From: Thermoplasmata archaeon
Lineage (GTDB): Archaea > Thermoplasmatota > Thermoplasmata > Lutacidiplasmatales > UBA184
Direction: 5' to 3'
DNA: 64,000 nt
Assembly (NCBI GenBank): GCA_046704665.1
Contig: JBJKRJ010000007.1
Span: forward strand, 3,024-67,023
The notes beneath the pieces were generated by a model, which ran no database searches, was not told the origin of the DNA, and saw only the letters and a list, made by a program, of their open reading frames with translations. Made by a program: the position numbers and the translations under genes. Shown in pieces: positions 31,704 through 42,144 of this stretch (positions within the stretch are counted from its first letter, which is position 1; each line of letters begins with the position of its first letter).

Positions 31704-32133
31704 CCCGGCCGGCTCCGCCACCGTCATCGATGTCAGCGGCCTCGTGGTCGGCCGGGCCGCGAGCCTGATCGCCCAGCGTCTTCTCGCCGGCGAGTCGATC
31801 GTGGTGGTCCACGCGGAGAAGAGCGTCGTCACCGGCAGCCGCCGAACGGTGCTCGAGCACTACCGGGCCGCACGCGCGCGCGGGTCGAAGCGGACCGGGC
31901 CGCACTATCCCCGATATCCCGACCGCATCTTCCGCCGGACCGTCCGCGGGATGCTTCCGCACCTCAAGTCCCGTGGAAAGGCCGCGTACGCCCGGCTCGA
32001 GGTCCACATCGGAGTGCCTTCCCAGTACTCGACCGTCACGAGCCAGACCTTGGCGTCGGCCCGGGTGGGTCCGTCCGTCCGTGCCCCGATGACGTTGGAA
32101 GCAATCACTCGCCTTCTCGGAGCCCGCGTGTGA
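31696..32133 (+). CDS. rpl13: 50S ribosomal protein uL13
   Basis: GRAAS.IA..LL.GE, GPHYPRYPDRIFRRTVRGMLP. Confidence 0.95.
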   Translation: MPDPAGSATVIDVSGLVVGRAASLIAQRLLAGESIVVVHAEKSVVTGSRRTVLEHYRAARARGSKRTGPHYPRYPDRIFRRTVRGMLPHLKSRGKAAYARLEVHIGVPSQYSTVTSQTLASARVGPSVRAPMTLEAITRLLGARV

Positions 32134-32537
32134 AGGCCCCTACCATCGTCCTCACGACCGGCAAGCGGAAGTCCGCGGTCGCCCGCGCGACCGTGCGAAA
32201 GGGGATGGGGCGCGTACGGTTCAACGACCGCCCCCTCGAGCTCGTCGAGCCCGAGCTCGTCCGGCAGAAGATCCAGGAGCCGCTCATGATGGCCGGGGAC
32301 CGGGCGAAGAACCTCGATATCCTGGTCCGGGCCCGAGGGGGAGGCGTCGTCGGCCAGGCCTCGGCGGCGCGGACCGCGGTCGCTCGGGGGCTTCTCGAGT
32401 GGATCAAGGACGACGATCTCCGGGCGCAGTTCAAGCACTACGACCGGTCCCTGGTCGTCAACGACCCCCGAAGGAAGCTACCGAAGCGGCCCGGCGGACG
32501 GGGCGCCCGGAAGCGCCGCCAGAAGTCGTATCGTTAG
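32130..32537 (+). CDS. rps9: 30S ribosomal protein uS9
   Basis: GKRKSAVARA, GGGVVGQA, DPRRKLPK..GGRGARKRRQKSYR. Confidence 0.96.
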   Translation: MKAPTIVLTTGKRKSAVARATVRKGMGRVRFNDRPLELVEPELVRQKIQEPLMMAGDRAKNLDILVRARGGGVVGQASAARTAVARGLLEWIKDDDLRAQFKHYDRSLVVNDPRRKLPKRPGGRGARKRRQKSYR

Positions 32538-32560
32538 CGAGGTACCGAGGAGGAGCAACC

Positions 32561-32758
32561 ATGACGATGATGGTGCCCGTGCGGTGCTTCACCTGCGGAT
32601 CCGTGATCGGGCAGTACTGGGACGAGTACCGGGAGCGCACCTCCCGTGGAGAACCTGCGGGCGCGGTGCTGGACACGCTCGGGCTGCACCGGTACTGCTG
32701 CCGCCGGATGCTGCTCACGCACGTCGACCTCCTGGACGAGGTCGGCCCGTACGGATAG
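32561..32758 (+). CDS. rpoN: DNA-directed RNA polymerase subunit N (Rpo10)
   Basis: PVRCFTCG ... LD.LG..RYCCRRM; GGAGGAG Shine-Dalgarno. Confidence 0.95.
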   Translation: MTMMVPVRCFTCGSVIGQYWDEYRERTSRGEPAGAVLDTLGLHRYCCRRMLLTHVDLLDEVGPYG

Positions 32759-32880
32759 CCGGGGCCGCCCGCGGGCGGTACCGGCCGCGCCCCCTCCACC
32801 CGGACGGGACGGATCGACCGCTCATTCCACGTGGAACGGGAGAGGGGAGACCCCGACCCGAACGGTCGGTGAGAACGGCA

Positions 32881-32899
32881 GAAGAAAGGAAGGAAGGGG
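32881..32899 (-). terminator. Pyrimidine-rich tract downstream of the surface-protein gene (candidate terminator)
   Basis: CCCCTTCCTTCCTTTCTTC on the minus strand, about 30 nt after the stop. Confidence 0.35.
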
Positions 32900-32926
32900 T
32901 TCGTCGAGCCGCGAGGTCCGGTCGAC

Positions 32927-35900
32927 TCAATCCTCGTCTTCGTCCCGGCGCCCTCCGCGCTCGAGACCCGATCGGCCCGTCGACTTCGGTCGCGTTCCTC
33001 CCCGGGAGCGGCGCCGGTAGTAGACGACGATCAACCCGATGACGACGACCACGGCGACCCCGATCGCGACGTACTCGAGGAGCTGGGTGGTCGGGTTCGG
33101 ACTGATCGTGACCGACATCGACGCGGTGCTGGTCGTGACGGGGTAGGCGACGAACATGTTCTGGGCCGTGACGTTGGCGTACAGGTCGTAGTTGCCGGTG
33201 ACCCCCGGGTTCCACGTGATCTCGGCGCGCACCGTCTGGTTGTACGAGAGGCTCGCAAGCACCCCGTTCTGGCTCGGGATCAGCGAGTTCACGACACCCG
33301 AGCTGTAGTTGTAGAACTTCACGGAGGCCGGCGAACCGGCGATGATGGTCTTGCTCGTCCCACCCGGACTCGTCAGGTAGAACGAGACCGAGATGTTCTT
33401 CGCCACCGCCGACGAGCCGCTCGCGGCCAGCGTGGTGACGTTCACCCAGAAGGTGTACGACGTTCCCTCGTTGAGCTTCGTGGGGCCGGTCAGGTTCCGC
33501 GCGTACATCACCGGTGTCGTGACCGAGTTCGCGGTCACGGAGACGGCCTGGGTCGTCCAGCCGAGGTTCCCGTTCGCGTCCGTGACGGTCAGGTTCACGG
33601 TGTACGCGTTCGTCTGGGCCGGGAGCCAGACCAGTGGGTAGGGGCTCACCGTCGAGACGTTGTATCCCCAGTGGAGCGACGAGTTGCCGGAGTTGTAGAC
33701 GTGCCAGTAGTAGTGCGAGATCGAGCCGTTGTGGGGGTCGGAGGCGTTCCGACCGTTCAGCCGGACGAGGGCCGAGAGGTTCGAGCCCGCCACCACGCCC
33801 TTGCCCGAGATCACCTGATAGTTCGAGTTGAGGAGCTCGAACGCCGAGGTCGGCTTCTCCGTGTCGTTCACCAGGATCGTCAGCATCTGGCTGGCCTTGT
33901 GTCCGGTCACGGACCAGACCGTCAGCGTGAGGTTGTACTGCCAGCCCTTGAACGTCACGGAATTTCCGTTCACGACGCCCTTCGACAGGTAGGAACCCGC
34001 TCCGAGGAACTGGTAGGTGACGTTCGAGAAGGAGAGGTAGGAGCTGCCCTGGGCGACCGAGAAGTTCGCGATGGTGGTGTTGAAGCCGCCCCACGCGCTG
34101 AGTCGATACGACGCGACCGAGATGTTCGCGGTGGGTCCGCCGGTGACGATCAGAGCGTGGCTCAAGGTCGCGTTGAACTTCAGCACGGTGCTCCAGTTCA
34201 CGAAGAGATACGTCGTGCCTCCCGCGGTCCGGGTCTCTTGCGCCGAGGCGTTGTTCGCGATCCCGGCCGTGACGGGGCCGGCCCCGACCCACACATGGAA
34301 CGCCGTCGAGTCGACATAGCCTCCCGAGCTCGTGACCGTCAGGGTGCCGTTCAGCGGTCCCTTCGGGGTGGTGCTGGTGTAGGTGTGGTAGCCGCTCCCG
34401 TTGGTCGTGGTCTGCGTTCCTCCGTCCCCGAACGTCCAGGCGAAGCGGGTCCCGTTCGTCCCGGTGGGATAGATCGAGTTGGCCGCGGTGAACGAAACGT
34501 TCTGGTCCAGTCCGACCACGACGGTGTAGTTCCCGCTGGTCTGGTTGAGGACGTTGTGGCGCGAGAACGCGAAGTTGGAGACCGAGGCGTTGACGATGGC
34601 GGTCAGGTGCGAGGTGGTCTTGGTGAACTGGAACGAGAAGCTCCCGGGCCCGGAGGGGCTGTAGAGCGACTCGAGGACGAACGTGTTCCAGGTCCCCGAA
34701 GAGCCCGCCGCGACCAGCTTCGTGTTCGCGGGTGCCGCGGTCCCGGCCGCGAGAACGTAGTCGGACGGGAGCACGACCGTGTAGTTGTAGACGTCCCCAC
34801 CCGTCGTCGGGTGACGGAAGTTGAACGAGGCGCTGTACGTCGAGCTGTTGTGGAAGAGCGACCCGTTAAGCGTGTACGACTGCGACCATGTGAGGCCGAT
34901 CGAGGCCGAGCTCGCGAGCCCGCAGCTCCCGACGCAGTTGGACGACACGCTCGAGAGACCCACCGGGGTGGTCGGGCCCTTGAAGTTCGTGCCGTTGATC
35001 GCCGTGTTCGCCTGGACCGCGGGGAAGAACGGGCCGGTCGAGTTCTCCCACGCGTAGACCTGCGAGAGCGAGGTCTGCGGCAACGAGAGCGCATGGGCGA
35101 AGTCGAGCCCGAGCTGCGCCCACATCTGGCCCACGGTCGCGTTCGGAAGGTTCGGGAACACCGAATTGTTGCCCAGGGTCGCCACGGTCTTCACGTTCAG
35201 GGTCCCGGTACCGGTCGCGACGTCGAACCCGGAGAAGTCGAGGGTCGTGTTGTAGTCGCCGGCCTGGCCGGGGAGCAGTGTCGCGAGATTGACGTTCCGT
35301 GTCGTGGTGGGGGAGGAGGGAGATACGCTGAACGGATAGGCGGTCGTCGCGTAGCCGGAGGCGGAGAGGATCATTTCGAACGATTGGGTCCCGCCGGTCG
35401 TGAAGCCCGCGGGGTACGTCCCGAGCGCGTAGTAGCCGCCCGGTGGCGTGGCCATCGAGTAGATGTAGCCGTTGGCGGCGTCGTAGAGCGTCGCGTTACC
35501 GGTGGTTTGGATCAACCCCCCGGAGCTGGTGCGCATCGTGCCCGAGGCAAGGTAGCTACGGATGACCGGGTTGACGGCCGGGGGCGACGGACTGGAGATG
35601 ACCACCTGGGTCTCGTTCGAGGACTGCGGCAAGGGCCCGGGAGCGACCGACTGCACGACGTACGTGCCGAACGGCGCCTTCAGGCCGAAGGCCGCGGTCG
35701 TCGTGTTCGTGGTGTTGGTGTAGAGAACCAGACCGTTGTACAGCGGGTCGATCAGGCGGACCTGCGTCCCCGGGGAGGCGAGGTTGGGTCCCTGGTGCAC
35801 GACGCCCGAGATCGTGGCGTTGTAGTAGAGGGCCGATACGCCGCCGATCTCGACCGGCGGGGAGCTCGACGAGGCGAGCACGCTCGCGCTGTAGAAGGCG

Positions 35901-36274
35901 AAGGTGGGGTTCTGGCTCAGCGGAAGGATCGCGCACGGAGAACACGTCGGGAGCGACACGTTCCCCTCGGCCGGGACCGACAGGCCCCAGTAGCCGGGGG
36001 CAAGGACGCCCGAGGTGCTCGAGCTCGTGAACGTGAACTGGCCGCCGCCTCCCGTGGTCGTGGCGGTGAACACCGCCCCCGTCGCGCTCGAGACCAAGTC
36101 GACCGAAACGCCATTGGGGACGGGCGCCCCATTGGGTTGGTGGACGAAGCCGGTCAGGGTATAATCCGGGGACGCCCCCTGGGCCAGAGGGATCGTGGCA
36201 AACGCGCTCGCGACCACGATCACGACCAACGCCCAAAGGGCCGCTCGATACGCCGGGCGGGCCAACTGATTCAC
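32927..36274 (-). CDS. Large surface glycoprotein / S-layer-like protein with PKD and Ig-like domains
   Basis: Signal peptide; S/T/N/G-rich beta repeats; PKD motif FAWTFGDG; many N-X-S/T sequons; C-terminal TM plus basic/acidic tail; AAGGAG Shine-Dalgarno. Confidence 0.88.
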   Translation of the reverse strand: MNQLARPAYRAALWALVVIVVASAFATIPLAQGASPDYTLTGFVHQPNGAPVPNGVSVDLVSSATGAVFTATTTGGGGQFTFTSSSTSGVLAPGYWGLSVPAEGNVSLPTCSPCAILPLSQNPTFAFYSASVLASSSSPPVEIGGVSALYYNATISGVVHQGPNLASPGTQVRLIDPLYNGLVLYTNTTNTTTAAFGLKAPFGTYVVQSVAPGPLPQSSNETQVVISSPSPPAVNPVIRSYLASGTMRTSSGGLIQTTGNATLYDAANGYIYSMATPPGGYYALGTYPAGFTTGGTQSFEMILSASGYATTAYPFSVSPSSPTTTRNVNLATLLPGQAGDYNTTLDFSGFDVATGTGTLNVKTVATLGNNSVFPNLPNATVGQMWAQLGLDFAHALSLPQTSLSQVYAWENSTGPFFPAVQANTAINGTNFKGPTTPVGLSSVSSNCVGSCGLASSASIGLTWSQSYTLNGSLFHNSSTYSASFNFRHPTTGGDVYNYTVVLPSDYVLAAGTAAPANTKLVAAGSSGTWNTFVLESLYSPSGPGSFSFQFTKTTSHLTAIVNASVSNFAFSRHNVLNQTSGNYTVVVGLDQNVSFTAANSIYPTGTNGTRFAWTFGDGGTQTTTNGSGYHTYTSTTPKGPLNGTLTVTSSGGYVDSTAFHVWVGAGPVTAGIANNASAQETRTAGGTTYLFVNWSTVLKFNATLSHALIVTGGPTANISVASYRLSAWGGFNTTIANFSVAQGSSYLSFSNVTYQFLGAGSYLSKGVVNGNSVTFKGWQYNLTLTVWSVTGHKASQMLTILVNDTEKPTSAFELLNSNYQVISGKGVVAGSNLSALVRLNGRNASDPHNGSISHYYWHVYNSGNSSLHWGYNVSTVSPYPLVWLPAQTNAYTVNLTVTDANGNLGWTTQAVSVTANSVTTPVMYARNLTGPTKLNEGTSYTFWVNVTTLAASGSSAVAKNISVSFYLTSPGGTSKTIIAGSPASVKFYNYSSGVVNSLIPSQNGVLASLSYNQTVRAEITWNPGVTGNYDLYANVTAQNMFVAYPVTTSTASMSVTISPNPTTQLLEYVAIGVAVVVVIGLIVVYYRRRSRGGTRPKSTGRSGLERGGRRDEDED

Positions 36275-36377
36275 TTCTCCTTACGGTCTCCCCCTATCGA
36301 GGGCGGCGCGGCGAACCTTGCCTCACTACTTATAGCTTGGCCTTGTCGACCGGCGGTACGCGAGGGCCCAGGGGCCG

Positions 36378-38603
36378 CTAGCGGTAGATCGCCTCGACCG
36401 GCTCTTCGCGCCGACGGGCCGGCCGCTCCCGGACCAGCCGCTTTTCGAACTCCTCGTAGAAGCGAAGGCTTTCCGGGTCGCACGACGCGTGCACCTGCTT
36501 GAACGCCGTGTCGAAGTGGGCCCGGGTCACTTTCGTTGCCTTGAGGTTCTCCCGGATGGCGGTGAGCCCCGCTTCGCGGCAGAGCGCCGCGAGATCGCTC
36601 CCGACGTACCCCTCGGCGCGCACCGCGAGCGCGTTCAGGTCGACGTCGTCGGCGAGCGGCATCTTGCGCGTATGCACCTTCAGGATCTCGAGCCGTCCCG
36701 CGACCTCCGGTGGCTCGACGTAGAGCAGCCGATCGAACCGCCCCGTCCGGAGCAGGGCCTCGTCCACGATGTCCGGTCGGTTCGTCGCGGCGATGACGAG
36801 CACCCGTTCCAAGCTCTCGAGCCCGTCGATCGACGTGAGGAGCTGGTTCACGATACGTTCGGTCACACCGCTCGAGGTCTGGAGACCGCGGCGGGGTGCG
36901 ATCGAGTCGATCTCGTCGATGAAGACGATCGAGGGGGAGGCCTGCCGGGCCTTCTTGAAGATCATCCGGACGGCCTTCTCGCTCTCTCCGACCCACTTGC
37001 TCATCACCTCGGGGCCCTTCACCGAGATGAAGTTCGCCTGGCTCTCGGTGGCGGCCGCCTTCGCGAGCAGGGTCTTGCCGACGCCCGGAGGACCGTACAG
37101 CAGGATCCCGCGCGGCGGTTCGATCCCGATGTGACGGTAGACCTGCGGGTTCCTGAAGGGAAGTTCGACGGACTCCTCCAGGATGCGACGGACCCGGTCG
37201 ACCCCCCCGACCTCCTCCCAATGGGTCGTCGGGACCTCCACCGCGACGTCCCGCAGGCTCGAGGGCTCGATCTGCTTCAGGGCCTCGCGGAAGTCGTTCT
37301 CGGTGACCTTCATCCGCTCGAGCAACGAGAGCGGGATCGGCTGATCGAAGTCGATCTCCGGTAGATAGCGGCGGAGCGCGCGCATCGCCGCCTCCCGCGC
37401 GAGCGAGGAAAGGTCGGCGCCGACGAACCCGTGGCTCTGGGCCGAGAGCTCCTTCAGGGTGCGGTCGCGGTCCCGGTCGCTCCCCTCGATCGGCATCCCG
37501 CGGGTGTGGATCTGGAGGATCTCAAGGCGCCCTTCCTGCGTCGGGACGCCGATCTCGATCTCCCGGTCGAAGCGGCCGGGACGCCTGAGCGCCGGGTCGA
37601 TCGCCTCCTCCCGGTTCGTCGCCGCGATGACGATCACGTTCCCGCGGCCCGAGAGCCCATCCATGAGGGTGAGCAGCTGCGCGACGACCCGACGTTCGAC
37701 CTCCCCGACGACCTCGTCGCGGCGGGGGGCGATCGAATCGAGCTCGTCGATGAAGATGACGGACGGAGCGTTCTTCTCGGCCTCCTCGAACTTCTCCCGG
37801 AGCTCCTTTTCGCTCTCCCCGTAGTACTTCGAGATGATCTCGGGCCCTTGGATCCCGATGAAGTGGGCGCCGGCCTCGTTCGCGACCGCCTTCGCGATGA
37901 GCGTCTTACCGGTCCCGGGAGGACCGTAGAGCAGCACCCCTTTGGGAGGGGTGATCGCCAGTCGGTCGAACAGCTCCGGGTGCTTCAACGGAAGCTCGAT
38001 CATCTCCCGGACCCGGCCGAGCTTCTCCTTGAGGCCGCCGATATCCTCGTAGGAGACCCGCGGAGCCGCGACCTCCGTCTCGCTGACCGTCTCCTCCTTG
38101 ATCGTGATGAGGGTCGACGGGGCGACCTGCACGATCCCCTTCGGCTGCGTCGAGACGACCATGAACGGTAGCGAGCCGCCCATCAGGAAGACGCCCGGTA
38201 TGACGAATACGTCCCCGCGGACGAACGGGCGCCGGGCGAGCGCCTTCGCGACGAAGCTCTCGAGTCCCGGACCGAGGTCCATCCGCGCCGACCCGGCGTA
38301 GATCGGAGCGATCGTGATCGCGTCCGCCGTCGGGCAGTCAACGCGCTGCACGACGACCCGGTCGCCGATGCTGACACCGGCGTTGCGGCGGACGACCGCC
38401 TCGATCCGGACCATCCCCTTCCCTTCGTCGTCCGGCTGGGCGCGGCTCACGATGGCCGGTGTCGGTTTGCGGCCCCGGATCTCGACGATGTCCCCGAGCC
38501 CTACCTTGAGGCGCTGACGGGTCTGGACGTCGAGGCGCGCCGTCCCGAGACCGATGTCCTGCTGGAACGCCTCCGCGACCCGCAGGGTGAACGCCTCGGA
38601 CAT
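36378..38603 (-). CDS. cdc48: Cdc48/VCP (VAT) AAA+ ATPase
   Basis: N domain, two AAA modules ([16 protein letters not shown]), C-terminal IYR HbYX. Confidence 0.96.
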   Translation of the reverse strand: MSEAFTLRVAEAFQQDIGLGTARLDVQTRQRLKVGLGDIVEIRGRKPTPAIVSRAQPDDEGKGMVRIEAVVRRNAGVSIGDRVVVQRVDCPTADAITIAPIYAGSARMDLGPGLESFVAKALARRPFVRGDVFVIPGVFLMGGSLPFMVVSTQPKGIVQVAPSTLITIKEETVSETEVAAPRVSYEDIGGLKEKLGRVREMIELPLKHPELFDRLAITPPKGVLLYGPPGTGKTLIAKAVANEAGAHFIGIQGPEIISKYYGESEKELREKFEEAEKNAPSVIFIDELDSIAPRRDEVVGEVERRVVAQLLTLMDGLSGRGNVIVIAATNREEAIDPALRRPGRFDREIEIGVPTQEGRLEILQIHTRGMPIEGSDRDRDRTLKELSAQSHGFVGADLSSLAREAAMRALRRYLPEIDFDQPIPLSLLERMKVTENDFREALKQIEPSSLRDVAVEVPTTHWEEVGGVDRVRRILEESVELPFRNPQVYRHIGIEPPRGILLYGPPGVGKTLLAKAAATESQANFISVKGPEVMSKWVGESEKAVRMIFKKARQASPSIVFIDEIDSIAPRRGLQTSSGVTERIVNQLLTSIDGLESLERVLVIAATNRPDIVDEALLRTGRFDRLLYVEPPEVAGRLEILKVHTRKMPLADDVDLNALAVRAEGYVGSDLAALCREAGLTAIRENLKATKVTRAHFDTAFKQVHASCDPESLRFYEEFEKRLVRERPARRREEPVEAIYR

Positions 38604-38705
38604 CGACCCCCGTTCGACCCCGACACCGACTAAAAAGAATTTGGGTCCTTCGCCGGGAAGCGGTACGCGGACCGCGCGCCCGCCGCCCGGGGGCCGAGTT
38701 CGGCG

Positions 38706-39536
38706 TCAGCTCGGAGGGATCCCGTCGGTCCACGGCCCGTCGAGCCGTCGCTGGCCCGGGTCGCGTGCGGCCGCGGCCAGATCGGGCCGCTCCTCTCCGA
38801 GGACCTCGGCGAACTCCGCCGTCGTCCCGGGGCCGAAGCCCATGAAGTGGTTGTTCGAGAACGCAAAGACCGTGGTCGCGGAGCGTCCTTCACGATCGAA
38901 GAGGTCCCGCATCGTCTCGAGCTCCCGACGGCGGTCGCGCTGGATCCGGTCGAACCGTGTCAGGGCCCGGTCCCCGATGAACCTCGCGTAGAGGAAGTCC
39001 CCCGTGACCCAAGGGGGAGGGCGGGTCGTGGGAACGACCGACCAGACGAGCGAGGCACCCCGGTCGGAGAGAAGGTTCCGGGTCGCCTCGGTCCACCACG
39101 AGCCGTGCCGGAGCTCGACCGCGAGGGAGTACTCCCGAGGGACCGCCCGAAGGAGCTCGGAGAGTCGTCCGATCTCGGTCGCGCGGAAGGAAGCGGCGAA
39201 CTGGAGGACGATGGGACCTAGTTTCTGTGCCTCGCGCAGGGGTCCGAGGCTCCCGAGGAATCGCGCGAGCACCTCGTGACCATCGGTCCCTTCGACGGGA
39301 TGCGTGACGTCGCGGGGGACCTTGAGGGCGAAGCGGAACCCCGACGGAGTCACCGAGGCCCATCGGTGCACGAGGGACACGGAGGGAGGCCGGTAGAAGC
39401 TCGAATCGACCTCGACCGTGCGAAAGACCCGGGCGTACCTCGGAAGGAACTCGGCCGCCGGGGTGCCCGGCGGATAGAACGGTCCCACCCAGTCGTCGTA
39501 GGACCAACCGGAGCAGCCGAGCCAGTAACGGCTCAC
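38706..39536 (-). CDS. DUF72 (YecE-like) protein
   Basis: GCSGWSY..W.G.FYP, VEVDSSFY, FALKVP, AVELRH.SW, Y.RF.G, F.NN. Confidence 0.92.
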   Translation of the reverse strand: MSRYWLGCSGWSYDDWVGPFYPPGTPAAEFLPRYARVFRTVEVDSSFYRPPSVSLVHRWASVTPSGFRFALKVPRDVTHPVEGTDGHEVLARFLGSLGPLREAQKLGPIVLQFAASFRATEIGRLSELLRAVPREYSLAVELRHGSWWTEATRNLLSDRGASLVWSVVPTTRPPPWVTGDFLYARFIGDRALTRFDRIQRDRRRELETMRDLFDREGRSATTVFAFSNNHFMGFGPGTTAEFAEVLGEERPDLAAAARDPGQRRLDGPWTDGIPPS

Positions 39537-39650
39537 ATCGTACCCGGAACCGTCCCGGAAGGAGAGCCTTTCGGACGGGCTTCGGGGGGGCCACCGGCGC
39601 CGCCGGAGGAACGGAAGCGACATATCCCTCTCACCGGCATCGCACTTCGG

Positions 39651-40562
39651 ATGACACAGAAGGCACCCCCCTCGTCCGTTCTGGGCCGCCTTCTCGAGGC
39701 CGCCGGATATCACGTCGAGGTGCGGCACCACGCGACGATCGCGCATCGTCCTCGCGACCACCGCGCCGTCGTCATCGCCTCGAGCGCCCGCTCCCCGGTC
39801 GAGGCCGAGCCGTGGTTCCCGGCGGATGCGGTCTACCGGACGATCGTCTACGACGACGAACCCGGTCCCGTGGCGCGCCGGCTCGCCTCGGAGCGCGGAA
39901 TCGAGGTGCTGGACCCCTCGACCCTCGGCGCCGCCCTCGCCGAGATCCTCCTTCCCTCCCCGATCGACCCTCCGACCGGGGGAGTCCCTCCGAACGAGGG
40001 AACGCTCGATACGCCGTTCGCGACCCCGTTCGAATCCGAGCGTACGGTGCGACCCCGCCTCGGCCGGGCCGAGGCCCAGGTGATCGCCGGGATCGACTCG
40101 CCCCGCTACCTCCTGCGTCTCGTGCCGTTCTTGGTGGCTGCCTACCACGTCCGTCCCGCGGCGCCCCACGGCGAACCCGGTCGAGTGGTCCGACAGCTCG
40201 TGGCCGTGAATGCGATCTCCCGTCGGGCGGAGGTCTGGGACGACCTCGAACGGGAGCTCGTCGCGGAGCTCGAGGAACCGCACCAACGCTTCTCGCCCCA
40301 GATCGGGGACTCCGAGGCGCTCACCCTGGCCCGGGAGGCGATCCGCCGGTTCCACACCGTCCATGTCGACCACACCGAGCAACACGGTGGGGCGCTCGTG
40401 ATCGAGGCGCGTCGCATCCCTCCGGCCTCCGAGGACGTTCGGATCGGTCCGTTCGTCCTGCTCTACGTGCCGTACTGGTACGCCGAGGGAGCCGACGGCC
40501 GCGTCGTGCTCGACGCGGTCACGGGCCGGCGGGTCAGCGGGACCGAGGCGGGAGCTGGCTGA
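39651..40562 (+). CDS. Hypothetical protein with a degenerate restriction-endonuclease-like (Mrr-like) N domain
   Basis: LLEAAGYHVE ... ARRLASERGIEVLD...L frame resembles Mrr_cat but lacks D..ExK; coding-like composition. Confidence 0.65.
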   Translation: MTQKAPPSSVLGRLLEAAGYHVEVRHHATIAHRPRDHRAVVIASSARSPVEAEPWFPADAVYRTIVYDDEPGPVARRLASERGIEVLDPSTLGAALAEILLPSPIDPPTGGVPPNEGTLDTPFATPFESERTVRPRLGRAEAQVIAGIDSPRYLLRLVPFLVAAYHVRPAAPHGEPGRVVRQLVAVNAISRRAEVWDDLERELVAELEEPHQRFSPQIGDSEALTLAREAIRRFHTVHVDHTEQHGGALVIEARRIPPASEDVRIGPFVLLYVPYWYAEGADGRVVLDAVTGRRVSGTEAGAG

Positions 40563-40603
40563 CGCTCCCCCGGGGTCAAATACCGCCCGTCGTTCGCGCG
40601 AGC

Positions 40604-41215
40604 GTGCTGCTGGACCAGTACCGGGTCGGTCCGTATCTCAACTTCACCTACCTCGTGGCCGACGAGGAGGGCGGAGAGGGGGTCGTCATCGACCCGTCGT
40701 TCGGGATCGACCCGGTGCTCGAAGGGATCGACCGGCGCCATGTCAAGGTCCGCTTCATTCTGAACACCCACAGTCATCCCGACCACATCGCCGGCAACCA
40801 GGACGTCCGCGATCGCACCGGGGCCAAGGTCGTGGCGCACCGGGTCGCTCCGTTGCACCAGGACCTCTCGGTGGACGACGGGGACTCCTTCGACACCGGT
40901 CGCCTGAAGTTCCGGGTGATGCACACCCCCGGCCACACGAAGGACAGCGTGCTCTACCTCTTCGCGGGCCACGTCGCGACGGGCGACACCCTGTTTGTCG
41001 GGGAGTGCGGTCGCACCGACCTTCCCGGCGGTGATCCCTCGGAGATGTACGACAGTCTCCACCGACGCCTCCTTTCGCTCGACGACGCCCTGATCGTCCT
41101 GCCGGGGCACGACTACGGCTCGACCGCCACGTCGACCATCGGGCGGGAGCGGGCGGAGAACTACACCCTCGTCTCCCGGACCCGGGAGGAGTTCCTACGG
41201 TTCTTGGCCGAATGA
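40604..41215 (+). CDS. MBL-fold metallo-hydrolase (glyoxalase II-like)
   Basis: THSHPDH, HTPGHT, TGDTLF...GRTDLPGG, PGH. Confidence 0.92.
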   Translation: MLLDQYRVGPYLNFTYLVADEEGGEGVVIDPSFGIDPVLEGIDRRHVKVRFILNTHSHPDHIAGNQDVRDRTGAKVVAHRVAPLHQDLSVDDGDSFDTGRLKFRVMHTPGHTKDSVLYLFAGHVATGDTLFVGECGRTDLPGGDPSEMYDSLHRRLLSLDDALIVLPGHDYGSTATSTIGRERAENYTLVSRTREEFLRFLAE

Positions 41216-41226
41216 GGTGACCAGCG

Positions 41227-41790
41227 GTGCCTCTCCCTCCCCCCGAAGATCGTACGCTTCGGGCTCTCGGGGCCCGACGGCACTCGCCGGGGGTCCCGAG
41301 GAAGGACGCGCTCGTTCGCACCCTCCGCTCCCTCGGTCAGGAGTCGCCGGCCCTCGTGGCCGTCTTCGACGCACGGGCCGTGGGCGGAGAGCGTCACCTC
41401 CTGTCGGCGTGGGCCCATCTCGGTCGGGCACGGACCCGGGGGGAGACCCGCCTTCGCGATCGGGGTGCCGAGCTCGCGCTGTATCTCGCCGGGGACGACC
41501 AACTGCCCCGGGCCCTCGAGAAGGTCGGGGTCTCGGACGCGACCGAGCGGTTCGTCGTGGTCGCCGAGCGACCGCTCGACCCTCAGCAACTGCTCCCCCG
41601 GTTCGACCTCGAGGAGGACCCGAGCGCGTACCCGAGGGCGGTGGACGAGGAGACCCTCGACCGTCTCGGCATCACCGGTCCGGAGCGCGCGAGCGTCCCC
41701 CGGGAGCGCTGGGAGGCGCTCGTCCTCGAGCGTGTGGCGCTGCTCGAGCTCACGGCCCCCTCCGGCCGCACTTCACCGGAAAAGAAATAA
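41227..41790 (+). CDS. cgi121: KEOPS complex subunit Cgi121
   Basis: FDA..V.G.RHL..A, E..LY.AG..Q...AL...G, LVLERVALL. Confidence 0.82.
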   Translation: MPLPPPEDRTLRALGARRHSPGVPRKDALVRTLRSLGQESPALVAVFDARAVGGERHLLSAWAHLGRARTRGETRLRDRGAELALYLAGDDQLPRALEKVGVSDATERFVVVAERPLDPQQLLPRFDLEEDPSAYPRAVDEETLDRLGITGPERASVPRERWEALVLERVALLELTAPSGRTSPEKK

Positions 41791-41829
41791 CCCAAGGCAT
41801 CGCTCGCCGCGGCGCCCGCGGGCGGCCGT

Positions 41830-41932
41830 GCAGGTGTAATCTAGTGGCAGGATGTCAGCCTTCCAAGCTGACCACCCGGGTTCGAATCGGCCGGACCGAT
41901 CGCGTCCGGCCGCGGAGCTCCCGGCACCTGCA
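41830..41932 (+). tRNA. tRNA-Gly(TCC) with a 32-nt intron (41887-41918) at position 59/60
   Basis: Acceptor GCAGGTG/CACCTGC; anticodon arm TCAGC-CTTCCAA-GCTGA; T stem CCGGG/CCCGG; T-loop TTCGAA|T split by a hairpin forming a strict BHB. Confidence 0.92.
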
Positions 41933-41996
41933 TCCGCCGCGTCGCGGGCTCTTCCGGCGGAGGGCTTAATCGGTGGGACCCGGTCCCGGGGCCCGC

Positions 41997-42080
41997 GCTG
42001 AGGTAGCCTAGTCCGGTAAGGCGCCAGCCTTGAAAGCTGGTGGCGGTCTCGCCTCGGGAGTTCAAATCTCCCCCTCAGCG
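41997..42080 (+). tRNA. tRNA-Ser(TGA)
   Basis: Acceptor GCTGAGG/CCTCAGC; CCAGC-CTTGAAA-GCTGG; long variable arm; GGGAG-TTCAAAT-CTCCC; discriminator G. Confidence 0.95.
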
Positions 42081-42144
42081 CCCCCGGTGTCTCCGCCCCC
42101 TCCCGAGGCTGTTATAGGCCAAGGTCGGGTCGACCGACCGGACC

